Position numbers and translations under genes: made by a program
Shown here: in pieces, positions 20,108 through 29,059 of the stretch
Layout: each line of letters starts with the position of its first letter
Numbering within the stretch: position 1 is the first letter of the stretch
Notes under the pieces: generated by a model
The model's database searches: none
What the model was told of the DNA's origin: nothing
Seen by the model: only the letters and a program-made list of their open reading frames with translations
Assembly: GCA_963806225.1 (NCBI GenBank)
Contig: CAWDXG010000004.1
Location: 2,432,001-2,496,000, forward strand
Direction of reading: 5' to 3'
Length of the DNA: 64,000 nucleotides
Origin: an uncultured delta proteobacterium
GTDB lineage: Bacteria; Myxococcota_A; Polyangia; Polyangiales; Polyangiaceae

Positions 20108-21577
20108 CTATCTCGGCAGGCGGAACGCGACGCCGCCGCCGAGCATCCAGCCCTGGGCGGACCAGCCCGGGTAGCCCGGGTTGTTCGTCTGCAGCCCCTT
20201 GGCTCCCGGAAGCGGCTGGTTCTTGACGATGTCGGTGGCGTTGTCGGGCACTTCGTCGATGACGGGGTGGGCAGCATCGGCGCTCTTGGTCACCGAGCGC
20301 TTCAGGAGCAGCTGGCCGCTCAGATAGAAGCCCATGCCGAAGCTCGCACCGAGGACGGAAGTGGGCGTGTCGAAGGCGAGGCTGGCGACGATCTTCGAAC
20401 TGTCGACGTAGTTGGTGCGGCCGGTCTGCTTCGGGACCGGCGACGGCACGTAGCCGAGGTCAGCGGAAATGCGCTGGCTGCCCATGTCGACCGCGCCACC
20501 GAGGGTCGGGGAGATGGTGTCCTTCCAGGTGTCGAGCGGTTTCTCGTTGTGGCGATCGCGGTACTGCGACCAGCGCGTGAGCACAGCCTGGGCGCCGACC
20601 TGCCAGTTCTTCCCCAGCCCTCGCGTGTGGGCCGAGTAGACGCCACCGATAGCGACGCGCAGCGGCTCGTAGCCCTGCGAGAACTCGTAGAGCTGCTTGA
20701 TGGAGTTCTGTCCCTCCGGATACTTGTAGTTCCAGAACCGGAGCTGGTTCTGGCCGTCCGTGCCGATGGAAGTCGCCATGTGCATCACCATGGTGACCCG
20801 CAGGTGCGGGTTCGGCTGCGTGACCACGGAGAAGTACGGAGCGGCGGTCGTGGCCGTCCGGATATTGGGGCCGAGCAGTACCTGGCTCTGGTCACCGGCA
20901 TCGGGGACGTACACCGCCATGTCGGTGCGCGTGCCGATGGTAATGTCCGCGCCGCCGCCGACGGAGAGCCAGTCGGCCAGGCGGCTGCCGAACGCCACGG
21001 CGAACGTGGTCATCGTCTTGCGGTCGCCGAGAAGCTCGTAGTGCAGCTGGTTGGTGAAGTACTGCGCGCGCTCGTCGGAGAAGTAGCCGTGCTGCTCGAG
21101 GAAGCTGTGCAGCGGCAGGAGCGTGTAGAAGCCGAACACGAGCCGGTCGCCGAACACCGGGCGGACGACGCCGAGGGCGGCGTAGCCGGTGGTGTCGCGC
21201 ACCAGGGTGTTCCGGCGTGGGTTGACGAGCTCGGCGGTGGGAAGCGGGCGCAGAGCCAGGCGCTGGGTGCTACCCGGACTGCCAAGCTGCGCGTCGTAGA
21301 TCGACTCGGGCACGTCCACACCAGCCGGCCGCGGCAGCAAACCGATGCTGGTGTGGGTGATCAGCAGGAAGTAGCCCGCTTCGGTGGTGGGCGAGGTATC
21401 CGGCAGCAGGGCGGGGTTGAAGTACGCCACCGCCGCACCGCGCCCGAGCACCCGCGCGCTCATGCTGTTCGTGCTGGTCGGCGCTCCGGTCAGCTCCAGC
21501 GTCGCGCCGGCGCGCGCAGCGGAGGCCGCGAAAAGCAGCGACGCCGCGACGGCGACGGCAGGCCCGAGGTCCCGCAT
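20108..21577 (-). CDS. OmpP1/FadL-like outer-membrane beta-barrel (hydrophobic compound transporter)
   Basis: Signal peptide, AVAYFNPALL, YVPSPVPKQTGRTNYVD, C-terminal amphipathic beta strand. Confidence 0.65.
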   Translation of the reverse strand: MRDLGPAVAVAASLLFAASAARAGATLELTGAPTSTNSMSARVLGRGAAVAYFNPALLPDTSPTTEAGYFLLITHTSIGLLPRPAGVDVPESIYDAQLGSPGSTQRLALRPLPTAELVNPRRNTLVRDTTGYAALGVVRPVFGDRLVFGFYTLLPLHSFLEQHGYFSDERAQYFTNQLHYELLGDRKTMTTFAVAFGSRLADWLSVGGGADITIGTRTDMAVYVPDAGDQSQVLLGPNIRTATTAAPYFSVVTQPNPHLRVTMVMHMATSIGTDGQNQLRFWNYKYPEGQNSIKQLYEFSQGYEPLRVAIGGVYSAHTRGLGKNWQVGAQAVLTRWSQYRDRHNEKPLDTWKDTISPTLGGAVDMGSQRISADLGYVPSPVPKQTGRTNYVDSSKIVASLAFDTPTSVLGASFGMGFYLSGQLLLKRSVTKSADAAHPVIDEVPDNATDIVKNQPLPGAKGLQTNNPGYPGWSAQGWMLGGGVAFRLPR

Positions 21578-21631
21578 TGGCCGCCAGCATAGTAGAAGCG
21601 GGAGCCTACCGCGAGTCCCTGCGAGAGCGCT

Positions 21632-22972
21632 TCAGACCAGCGGCTCGAGCGTGGCGGCGAAATGGCGGAGCAACGGCGGCTCCTTCACGATGCGGTAGCC
21701 CGGAATACGGTCGAGCCGCTTCCCGATCCGCTGGGCGGTCTCGATCACCCAGTCGACGTGCGAAGCGGTGTACACACGGCGCGGCAGGGCCAGGCGCACC
21801 AGCTCGTGGCGCGCCGCATCGCCGAACATGAGCGTCCCGATTTCCACGGTCCGCACCCCGCCCTCCAGGAACAGCTCGACCGACAGGGCCTGGGCCGGCA
21901 TCTGGGCGGCCGGAATGTGCGGCAACGCCCGCGCCGCATCGATGAAGACGGCATGTCCGCCCGGCGGCTCCACGATCGGCAGCCCCGCTTCGCGGATGCC
22001 GCGCGCGAGGTAGGCGACAGTCGCTTCGCGGTAGCGCAGGTAGTCGGGGTCCAGCGCTTCTTCAAGTCCCACGCCCATGGCCTCCAGGTCGCGACCTGCA
22101 AGGCCGCCGTAGGTCGGAAAACCCTCGGTGAGGATCAGCAGCGTGCTGAAGCGCTCCGCCCAATCATCACGATTGGTGGCCAGGATGCCGCCGATGTTGA
22201 CGATCCCGTCCTTCTTGGCGCTGAGTGTGCAGCCGTCGGCGAGCCGGAACATTTCGTGGGCGATCTCGGCCGGCGTGCGCTCGCCCTGCCCGGCCTCGCG
22301 TCGGCGGATAAGCCAGGCGTTTTCCGCGAAGCGGGCGGCATCGAGGAAAAGCGGCACCTTGTAGCGATCGCACAGCGCGCGCACGGCCTTGAGGTTGTCG
22401 AGCGAAACCGGCTGCCCGCCAGCGGCGTTGTTCGTGAGCGTGACCATGACGAGCGGTACGCGCTGCTGTCCCGTCAGGACGCGCTCGAGGGCGGCAAGAT
22501 CCATGTTGCCGCCGAAGGCGTCCGTGCTTCCCACCGGGATGTCGTGTGCGATGCCACCCAGGTGCTCCAGGTTCGCGCGCGTGGTGTCGAAGTGCGTGTT
22601 GTTCGGCACGACGTCACCCGGTTTGATGACAGCTTCGAACAGGATGCGCTCGGAGGCGCGGCCCTGGTGCGTCGGCAGGATGTGCCGGTAGCCCGTCAGC
22701 CGCCTGACGATCGTCTCGAAGTGATCGTAGGATCGACTGCCCGCGTACGACTCGTCGCCGCTCAGGAGAGCCGCCCACTGCCGGTCACTCATGGCTCCCG
22801 TTCCCGAATCGGTGAGCAGATCGATCGTGACCTTCTGCGCAGCGATATTGAACAGGTTGTAGCCCGCGTGCCTGAGCAACTCGTGGCGCTCGGCCCGGGT
22901 CGTAAACGGGATCCGCTCGATGGCCTTGATACGGAACGGCTCGACGATGGTCCTGAACGGCGTTTCGTCCAT
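21632..22972 (-). CDS. tnaA: Tryptophanase (PLP-dependent beta-eliminating lyase)
   Basis: EPFRIK, DLLTDSGT, HQGR, SAKKDG (PLP Lys), EGFPTYGGLAGRD. FDTT, VEIG and LRHF are the tryptophanase-type variants, not the tyrosine phenol-lyase ones (FTTT, MERG, LRFF). Confidence 0.88.
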   Translation of the reverse strand: MDETPFRTIVEPFRIKAIERIPFTTRAERHELLRHAGYNLFNIAAQKVTIDLLTDSGTGAMSDRQWAALLSGDESYAGSRSYDHFETIVRRLTGYRHILPTHQGRASERILFEAVIKPGDVVPNNTHFDTTRANLEHLGGIAHDIPVGSTDAFGGNMDLAALERVLTGQQRVPLVMVTLTNNAAGGQPVSLDNLKAVRALCDRYKVPLFLDAARFAENAWLIRRREAGQGERTPAEIAHEMFRLADGCTLSAKKDGIVNIGGILATNRDDWAERFSTLLILTEGFPTYGGLAGRDLEAMGVGLEEALDPDYLRYREATVAYLARGIREAGLPIVEPPGGHAVFIDAARALPHIPAAQMPAQALSVELFLEGGVRTVEIGTLMFGDAARHELVRLALPRRVYTASHVDWVIETAQRIGKRLDRIPGYRIVKEPPLLRHFAATLEPLV

Positions 22973-23097
22973 GCTCTGCCTCTTTTCCCGGCGCGGCGCC
23001 GGCAACGGGTCGCGGATCGGCTTCGTCGCGCGCCGGAAACAGCCCACGTCGACGGACGCCAAGCGGCCACCCGGTCAAACCGCAGGCGGGGGTGGTG

Positions 23098-23586
23098 TCA
23101 GCGAAGTTGTCCCAGTTCCAGCTCGAGGCAGAGCCGCGGCGCGGGCCGGAAACCGGCGTGCTGGAAGAAGCCGATCAGGCCCACATGATCCCACGCGACC
23201 TCGGTCTCGATCTTCTCGATCCCGAGTGCGCGCAGATTCGTGCCGAGCTGGTGCAAGAGCGCCTTGCCCACGCGATGCCCCGCGAAAGCCGGCGAGACGC
23301 CCAGCGAGTCCAGAATCGCGACCGGTTCGGGCAGACCGAACTCGCCGTAGTACAGCCGTCCGGTCATGAATCCCGCTGGTTCACCCTTGACGAAGGCGGC
23401 CAGCGAAATGCGCACTCCCGTGTCCTCTTTCGCTTCGGCGAGCTTGACCCGGTAGTACTCGCGCCGCGAGCGGCCGCTATGCTGCTGGTCGATGCGGACC
23501 ACCCAGTCGAGATCGTCCTGCGTGAGCGTGCGAACTTCCACGTGGTCAGTATCGAGAGTGCCGGGCTGCCGATCGAGCTCGTCCAT
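23098..23586 (-). CDS. GNAT-family N-acetyltransferase
   Basis: VRTLTQDDL, LGVSPAFAGHRVGKALL (acetyl-CoA motif A), FFQHAGF. Confidence 0.88.
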   Translation of the reverse strand: MDELDRQPGTLDTDHVEVRTLTQDDLDWVVRIDQQHSGRSRREYYRVKLAEAKEDTGVRISLAAFVKGEPAGFMTGRLYYGEFGLPEPVAILDSLGVSPAFAGHRVGKALLHQLGTNLRALGIEKIETEVAWDHVGLIGFFQHAGFRPAPRLCLELELGQLR

Positions 23587-23610
23587 GCTGTTTCCTGCTT
23601 TCGTTGTCGT

Positions 23611-24051
23611 TCAGTCGACCGAGACCTGACGCAAGCGCGCCCACTGTTGCCCCAGGCGTTCCAGCGCGTCTTCTTCCACAGCCTCGACAGCAACAGGTAG
23701 CACGATTTCGTCTTCCTTCTGGAAGTGCTCCCGCGCCACGTCGATCATCTCCTGGACCCTGCCGCGCAGCGCATCCAGATCGCCAACCGAGTGGACACCT
23801 GCAAACAGATCCTCGATCTGCTGGTGCTCGCTCCGCATCGCGCCGAGCGGTCCATCCTTCCGTCGCGATTCCAGCCTGGGGAACAGCAGCTCGTCCTCCA
23901 CCTTCGCGTGGCTGACCAGAACTGGCGCCAGCAGGTCCATCGCGAACTGCAGCGCGGCGATGGAGTCCGTCTCGTCGTTCAGCTCTTCCAGGCGATCGAA
24001 GAGAGCGTAGAAGATGGCGTGCTCCGCCAGAAGCGCATCGGTGATCTTCAT
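23611..24051 (-). CDS. Hemerythrin (HHE) domain protein
   Basis: EH...HAKVEDELLFP...EH...HFQKEDEIVLP; GGAGG RBS. Confidence 0.88.
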   Translation of the reverse strand: MKITDALLAEHAIFYALFDRLEELNDETDSIAALQFAMDLLAPVLVSHAKVEDELLFPRLESRRKDGPLGAMRSEHQQIEDLFAGVHSVGDLDALRGRVQEMIDVAREHFQKEDEIVLPVAVEAVEEDALERLGQQWARLRQVSVD

Positions 24052-24097
24052 TGGGTGATCCTCCGCTGCAGTCTGGCGCCCGGTCCGCGGACAACCA

Positions 24098-24142
24098 ATG
24101 ACGAGAGTCAGCAGCCAGGGCCGGTCACTTGACGGACGTCAT
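24098..24142. promoter_or_regulatory. Two CRP/FNR-like boxes upstream of the hemerythrin-GNAT-tnaA operon
   Basis: ATGAC-GAGA-GTCAG (24098-24111) and TTGAC-GGAC-GTCAT (24129-24142), 31 bp apart; similar to the FNR consensus TTGAT-N4-ATCAA. Confidence 0.55.
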
Positions 24143-24282
24143 TTCCACCACGAGAGGACCGGAGCCCGCCTGTCAACCTCGAATTGACCCGGACCAACGG
24201 GTTCGGGACGCCAATAGCTGTCCGGATCCGCCCAGATTCCGGCCCGGTCGCGGGAGCGCGGGGGCTATCATCGTGCCTCCAG

Positions 24283-26169
24283 ATGTCGCGCACCCGCTAT
24301 CTGCTGGTTCTGGCCCGGCTGGAAACCGAGCGCCAACGCAAGCTCGGCGTGATCGCCTCGGCGAGTCAGCTCGAGCTCGCCGCCGTCTCCGATATCGCTT
24401 CGGCCCTGACCTGGCTGGAGCGTCACGAGCCGGAGGTCGTAGCGCTCGACAGCTCCATCCCGAAGGCCGAGCAGCTCTGCCAGAAGCTCCGGGGCCGCAA
24501 GACCTGGGGCCGGGTGCCGATGATCGCGCTCGCCGAGGAACCGAGCGACGCGCACGTCGAGAAGCTGTTCGCGATGGGGGTCGACGACGTCGTACCAGTG
24601 TCGGCGTGGCCGGCGTTCATCGCGCGTCTCCGCGCGCTGCCGCGAGTTGAATCGATCCATCCGCCGCCGGCGCGAGGCAAGGCCATCGTGGCCGACCCGG
24701 AGCGCGAGCGTTGCGATGTGATCGGTCGCGTGCTGACGAACGCCGGCTTCGATGTGCGCTACGCCCTCGATCGCCGCGCGCTCGAGTACTACTCGCTGCA
24801 GACCGACGTCGATTTGATCATGGTCAACGTGGAGCTCGGGGATCCGCGCCAGCTCGTGGAACAGGCGCGGAAGAACAAGAGCACCGCTGCCTGGGTGGTC
24901 GCAAGCCGGCGCCGTGATCTGGACGAGCATGCCCGCGCCCTCGCCGATCTGGACAAGGTCGCACTGGCGCCGGCGCTGGGAGCGCCGGAAAGCATCCTGT
25001 TCGTCGCCAACGAGCTGCTTTCCAACAGAAGAACAGCGCGACAGAGCACACGGGTGCTGCACGGCACGCTGGTCACCTTCCGTCCGGCCGGCGCCGATTC
25101 GGACGATCTCGGCTTCACCTACAACATCAGCTCCCAGGGGCTCTACGTGCGCACGCTCGCTCCCCCGGAAGGCGAGGAGGTGTGGCTCGAGCTGACACCG
25201 CCGAAGCACAACCGCCGGGTCCGCCTGCTCGGGCGCGTCGTATGGCGACGGGGCTTCGAGGGCAACACGGGGGCTTCGGTCCCGCCCGGCTTCGGCGTCC
25301 AGTTGCTCGACGGCCTGGGAGATGGACTTTCCCTGTGGCAGCAGGGCTACCGGACGCTTGACGGTGCCGTTGTCACCGAAACGCCTTCGCGCCCGAAATC
25401 GAAGCCGCCTCCGAAACCGGCGTCGTACCGGCCGCCGCCGGACAACAGGAGCAAGTTGAACGGCCCGCCAGAGCTCGTGGAAGAAGTGGAGCCGCAGCTC
25501 ACCGCGATGGCGCCCCGGTTGGCGTCGAAGCCGGACATGCTGCGCGCCTCCGCTCCCATGATCGAGATGGGGGCGCCGGAGTCGATGACGGAGGTGGTCG
25601 AGATGCCGTCGCCTGCACGGCCGGCGACCACACCCGCGGCCACGCCCGCGACGCCCGCGACGCCCGCGACGCCCGCGCCGACGGCAGAAGGCGGTTCGCG
25701 TGGAGGGCTCTGGCTCCTGATTCTGCTCCTCGTGGTGGCGGCGGGCGCCGCAGTGTTCGTGCTCTGGCAGCGCGGCCTGTTCGGCGGCGGCCAGAAGGCG
25801 CCCCCGCCGGCAGCGGACGCGCAGGCGTCGGCTGCACCTGGGCCGGCGAACGCGGCGCCGAGCGTGGCTTCGTCCGCCTCGGCAGCGCCGTCCGCCAAAG
25901 CGCCGCCCGAGCCAACCGCGGATCTCTCGGCACTGACCCCGACCGAAGGCTACCTGTACGTGAAGATCCCGCTCCAGGCGAAGGTCTACATCAACGGCCG
26001 CTCGATCGGCCCGACCAACGAGCCCGTGAAGACCGGCTGCGGCATGCGTTTCGTGCGCGTCGGACAGGACGGCGGCCACTGGCTGAGCAGCGGCCGCTCG
26101 ATCAAGATCGCATGCGGCAAGCTCACCAAGGCCGAGTTTTCGCCGAGCCCGCCGCCGGGCGCCAACTAG
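24283..26169 (+). CDS. Receiver-like domains + PilZ domain + Pro-rich linker + TM + PEGA-like C-terminus
   Basis: PEVVALDSSIP and VDLIMVN receiver-like strands; RQSTR...NISSQGLYV...GRVVW...GFGVQL (PilZ RxxxR, NxSxxG); TM LWLLILLLVVAAG; KVYINGRSIG. Confidence 0.7.
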   Translation: MSRTRYLLVLARLETERQRKLGVIASASQLELAAVSDIASALTWLERHEPEVVALDSSIPKAEQLCQKLRGRKTWGRVPMIALAEEPSDAHVEKLFAMGVDDVVPVSAWPAFIARLRALPRVESIHPPPARGKAIVADPERERCDVIGRVLTNAGFDVRYALDRRALEYYSLQTDVDLIMVNVELGDPRQLVEQARKNKSTAAWVVASRRRDLDEHARALADLDKVALAPALGAPESILFVANELLSNRRTARQSTRVLHGTLVTFRPAGADSDDLGFTYNISSQGLYVRTLAPPEGEEVWLELTPPKHNRRVRLLGRVVWRRGFEGNTGASVPPGFGVQLLDGLGDGLSLWQQGYRTLDGAVVTETPSRPKSKPPPKPASYRPPPDNRSKLNGPPELVEEVEPQLTAMAPRLASKPDMLRASAPMIEMGAPESMTEVVEMPSPARPATTPAATPATPATPATPAPTAEGGSRGGLWLLILLLVVAAGAAVFVLWQRGLFGGGQKAPPPAADAQASAAPGPANAAPSVASSASAAPSAKAPPEPTADLSALTPTEGYLYVKIPLQAKVYINGRSIGPTNEPVKTGCGMRFVRVGQDGGHWLSSGRSIKIACGKLTKAEFSPSPPPGAN

Positions 26170-26742
26170 CTACAGGAGCTTGAGCTGCCGCGGAGAGAGG
26201 CGGTCCATGACGGCCTGCTCCGCCGCGTCGAGCCATCCGTCGCGCGCGGAGGGATCGAGACGGAGCGCCGCGAGCTCGCGCTCGACGATCTCGCGATCCA
26301 ACCGCTCCTCGATGGCGCGCTGGAACACCGGATCGGTGGTCCGGACGCCATCCGCCGTCGGATCCCCCACGATGGGCACCTGGATGAGCAGATCGTACGA
26401 CCGCATCCAGAAGTCGACGAGCGAGTCGAGCCCGTCCTGGCGCCCCGCGGCCAAGAGCAGGTACACGTAGTTGTCAAGCGCACTGCGATCGCACAGGACA
26501 ACCGGGTAGCGCGCCTCGGCGATCACTTCCTCGGCGATCTGCGTGTGCAGGATCCACGACTCGGACGCGAGCCCCGTCTCCTCGTTGATAGGCAGCGGAC
26601 AGCGGCGCGCAACCTCGTGCACCACCTCCAGGACCACGTCGCGCGACTTGAGCCGCGACGCCAGCCCGTAGCACAGCGTGGTCTTGCCGACGCCGTGCGT
26701 TCCCACGAACGCAACCTTCAAGCGCTCCCCTCGGTCTTTCAC
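26170..26742 (-). CDS. P-loop ATP-binding protein (AAA_28/NadR-kinase-like)
   Basis: GTHGVGKTT Walker A, HEVAR, CDRSALD; GTG start at 26742. Confidence 0.75.
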   Translation of the reverse strand: MKDRGERLKVAFVGTHGVGKTTLCYGLASRLKSRDVVLEVVHEVARRCPLPINEETGLASESWILHTQIAEEVIAEARYPVVLCDRSALDNYVYLLLAAGRQDGLDSLVDFWMRSYDLLIQVPIVGDPTADGVRTTDPVFQRAIEERLDREIVERELAALRLDPSARDGWLDAAEQAVMDRLSPRQLKLL

Positions 26743-26800
26743 GCGGTGATTGTAGTCGATACGACCGGCAGCCGCGACTACCACGTGGACGACGGTAGCG

Positions 26801-27415
26801 ATGCACGCCGGGATGCGGCAAGATCGCCGGGCTGTGGCAGTCCTCACCCGCCGCCGTCTGATCCAGACCGGCATCGCCGGAACTGCGCTGCTCGCCGTCG
26901 GCGGCACCGTGCTCGGCTGGGCTACGCTGGGCTACCACCTCGAGCCCGGCGAGTGGGCGATCGGGCTCAGCGTGAAGGAGTTCTGCGTCGTGCGCGCGCT
27001 GGTGGACACGATGGTTCCCGGCGGCGGCAAGCTCAAGCCCGGCGTCGAGCTCGGCGTGCCGCAGCGAATCGACGAGGAAGTGTGGGCGGCGGACGACGGC
27101 ATGCGCTCGGACGTCCGGAACATCCTGCAGTTCATCGAGCACGTCCCGCCGGTGTACGGGCACTTCGGGCGCTTCACCTCGCTCGACCGAACAGCGCGCG
27201 AGAAGGTGCTGCGCTCGCTCATGGCCTCCTCGCAGACGATCTTCGTGCAGGCCGCCACGGCGGTGAAGGAGCTGGTCTACCTCTACTACTACTCGCACGA
27301 CGAGACCTGGGACGCGCTCGGCTACCCGGGACCGCTGGTCGACTACAACAAGCCGCCGGCCAGTGCGCTCCGCTACCAGCAGCTCATCGCGACGCGGAAA
27401 GCGGGGAAGTCGTGA
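26801..27415 (+). CDS. Tat-signal partner protein (gluconate 2-dehydrogenase subunit 3-like)
   Basis: LTRRRLIQTG twin-arginine motif; YYSHDETWDALGYPGP; coupled to the GMC gene. Start may be slightly downstream. Confidence 0.7.
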   Translation: MHAGMRQDRRAVAVLTRRRLIQTGIAGTALLAVGGTVLGWATLGYHLEPGEWAIGLSVKEFCVVRALVDTMVPGGGKLKPGVELGVPQRIDEEVWAADDGMRSDVRNILQFIEHVPPVYGHFGRFTSLDRTAREKVLRSLMASSQTIFVQAATAVKELVYLYYYSHDETWDALGYPGPLVDYNKPPASALRYQQLIATRKAGKS

Positions 27416-28989
27416 TCCGCCAGGGCCCCGAGCTCATCAAGGCCGGCAAGGACGTGAGCGAGAAGTGCGACGTGTGTGTCATCGGCTCGGGCTGCGGCGG
27501 CGCGTCGCTCGCGGCACGCCTGGCGGAGGCGGGCAAGAGCGTCGTCATCGTCGAGCAGGGCGGCTACTACACGAAGGACGACTTCGATCAGCGCGAGGCG
27601 CACATGCTCGCCAAGATCGACGGCGGGCGCGGGCTGCACACCAGCGTCGACGGCTCCATCGCGATGACCTACGGGCACAACGTGGGCGGCGCGAGCGTGC
27701 ACTACTGGGCCGACAGCTACCGCACGCCGCAGGACCGGCTGGAGCTCTGGGAGAAAGTGTTCGGCATCGAGGGGCACACCGAAGAAATCCTGAAGCCGCA
27801 TTTCACCCGGATCGAGCACGACCTGAACGTGCACCCCGCCACGGGGCCGTACACCAACCACATGAACGAGCTGCTCCACAGCGGAGCCCAACAGCTCGGC
27901 TGGCACGTCGCGCGCGTGCCACAGGCGCGCAAGGGCTGCGTCTCGAGCGGGTTCTGCATGCAGGGCTGCTCCTACGACGCCAAGCAGAGCCAGCTCATCA
28001 CGTACATCCCGCGCGCGCTCGATCACGGCGCGCGACTGTACTCCGACATGCGGGCGTCCCGGCTCGTCTTCGACGGCGCGAAGGCCAAGCAGCTCGAGTG
28101 CCACGTCCTCGACCGCGCCACGGGACGCTCCCGGGGCCCGAAGCTCACCGTCGACGCGAAGGCCTTCGTCGTAGCGGCCGGCGGCTACGGCACGCCGTTC
28201 TTCCTGCTGGAGCAGGGGCTGAAAGCGAAGCTGCCCGCCATCGGCGAGCATTTCTTCTGCAACCCCTGCCCCATGGTCCACGCGCTGTTCGACGAGGACA
28301 TCCTGCAGTGGAAGAACATCCCTGCCGCGTGGGGCATCGATCACTTCCGGCTCGCCAAGTACGACGGCCACCAGAAGATCTTCGGCTGGCCCGGTGCAGG
28401 CCGCTACATGGAGGGCGGCTACCTGTTGATGGCCAACCAGCTGCAGCCGGCCACGCTCGCGGCGGTGCTGCCGGGCTTCGGACACGAGCACGAGAAGCTG
28501 ATGACCGACCTGCCACGGCTCGGCGGCACCATCTGCTGGATCGACGACGCCGAGGAAGGTCGCATCACTCTGGAAGACGGGCGCCGCAAGGTGTACGTGC
28601 CGCTCACTGGCGAAAACGAGCGGCGCATCCGCGACGCTTTCTACAAGCAGGCACGCCTCTTGCTCGCGGTCGGGGCGCGCGAGGTCATGTTCGGTGATGC
28701 CGCCGACACGCGCATCCACCACGGCGGCGAGATCGAAAAGGCCGTCAAGCGCCTCGATTTGGGCCCCGCCCGGAACATCTTCGCCGCGCCCCATCCCGGT
28801 GGCGGCGCGCGCATGGGCAAGAACCCGAAAGACACGGTCGTCGACTTCGACCACCGCGTCCACGGCTTCGACAACCTCTACGTCTCGGATCCCAGCGTCC
28901 TGCCCACCCCGCCCAGCGTCGACCCGAGCCTGTCGATCATGGCGTTTTCCTTCGTGGCGGCGGACCGGATCAAGGACGCGCTGGGCTAG
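27412..28989 (+). CDS. GMC-family FAD oxidoreductase
   Basis: DVCVIGSGCGG, NVGGAS, CxxxxxCxxxC motif, HPGGGARMG, NLYVSDPSVLP; GTGA overlap with the upstream gene. Confidence 0.9.
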   Translation: MIRQGPELIKAGKDVSEKCDVCVIGSGCGGASLAARLAEAGKSVVIVEQGGYYTKDDFDQREAHMLAKIDGGRGLHTSVDGSIAMTYGHNVGGASVHYWADSYRTPQDRLELWEKVFGIEGHTEEILKPHFTRIEHDLNVHPATGPYTNHMNELLHSGAQQLGWHVARVPQARKGCVSSGFCMQGCSYDAKQSQLITYIPRALDHGARLYSDMRASRLVFDGAKAKQLECHVLDRATGRSRGPKLTVDAKAFVVAAGGYGTPFFLLEQGLKAKLPAIGEHFFCNPCPMVHALFDEDILQWKNIPAAWGIDHFRLAKYDGHQKIFGWPGAGRYMEGGYLLMANQLQPATLAAVLPGFGHEHEKLMTDLPRLGGTICWIDDAEEGRITLEDGRRKVYVPLTGENERRIRDAFYKQARLLLAVGAREVMFGDAADTRIHHGGEIEKAVKRLDLGPARNIFAAPHPGGGARMGKNPKDTVVDFDHRVHGFDNLYVSDPSVLPTPPSVDPSLSIMAFSFVAADRIKDALG

Positions 28990-29059
28990 CTACGGTGCGG
29001 CCCGTGCCACGAAACTCGCGGCTATTCGAGGCCTTGCGGTTGGGCCACCGCCCTCCGGC

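Noticed and set aside
21632..22972. Tyrosine phenol-lyase feeding phenol into the 4-hydroxybenzoyl-CoA pathway
   Set aside because: All three diagnostic positions (FDTT, VEIG, LRHF) are tryptophanase-type, and no phenylphosphate synthase or carboxylase is seen.
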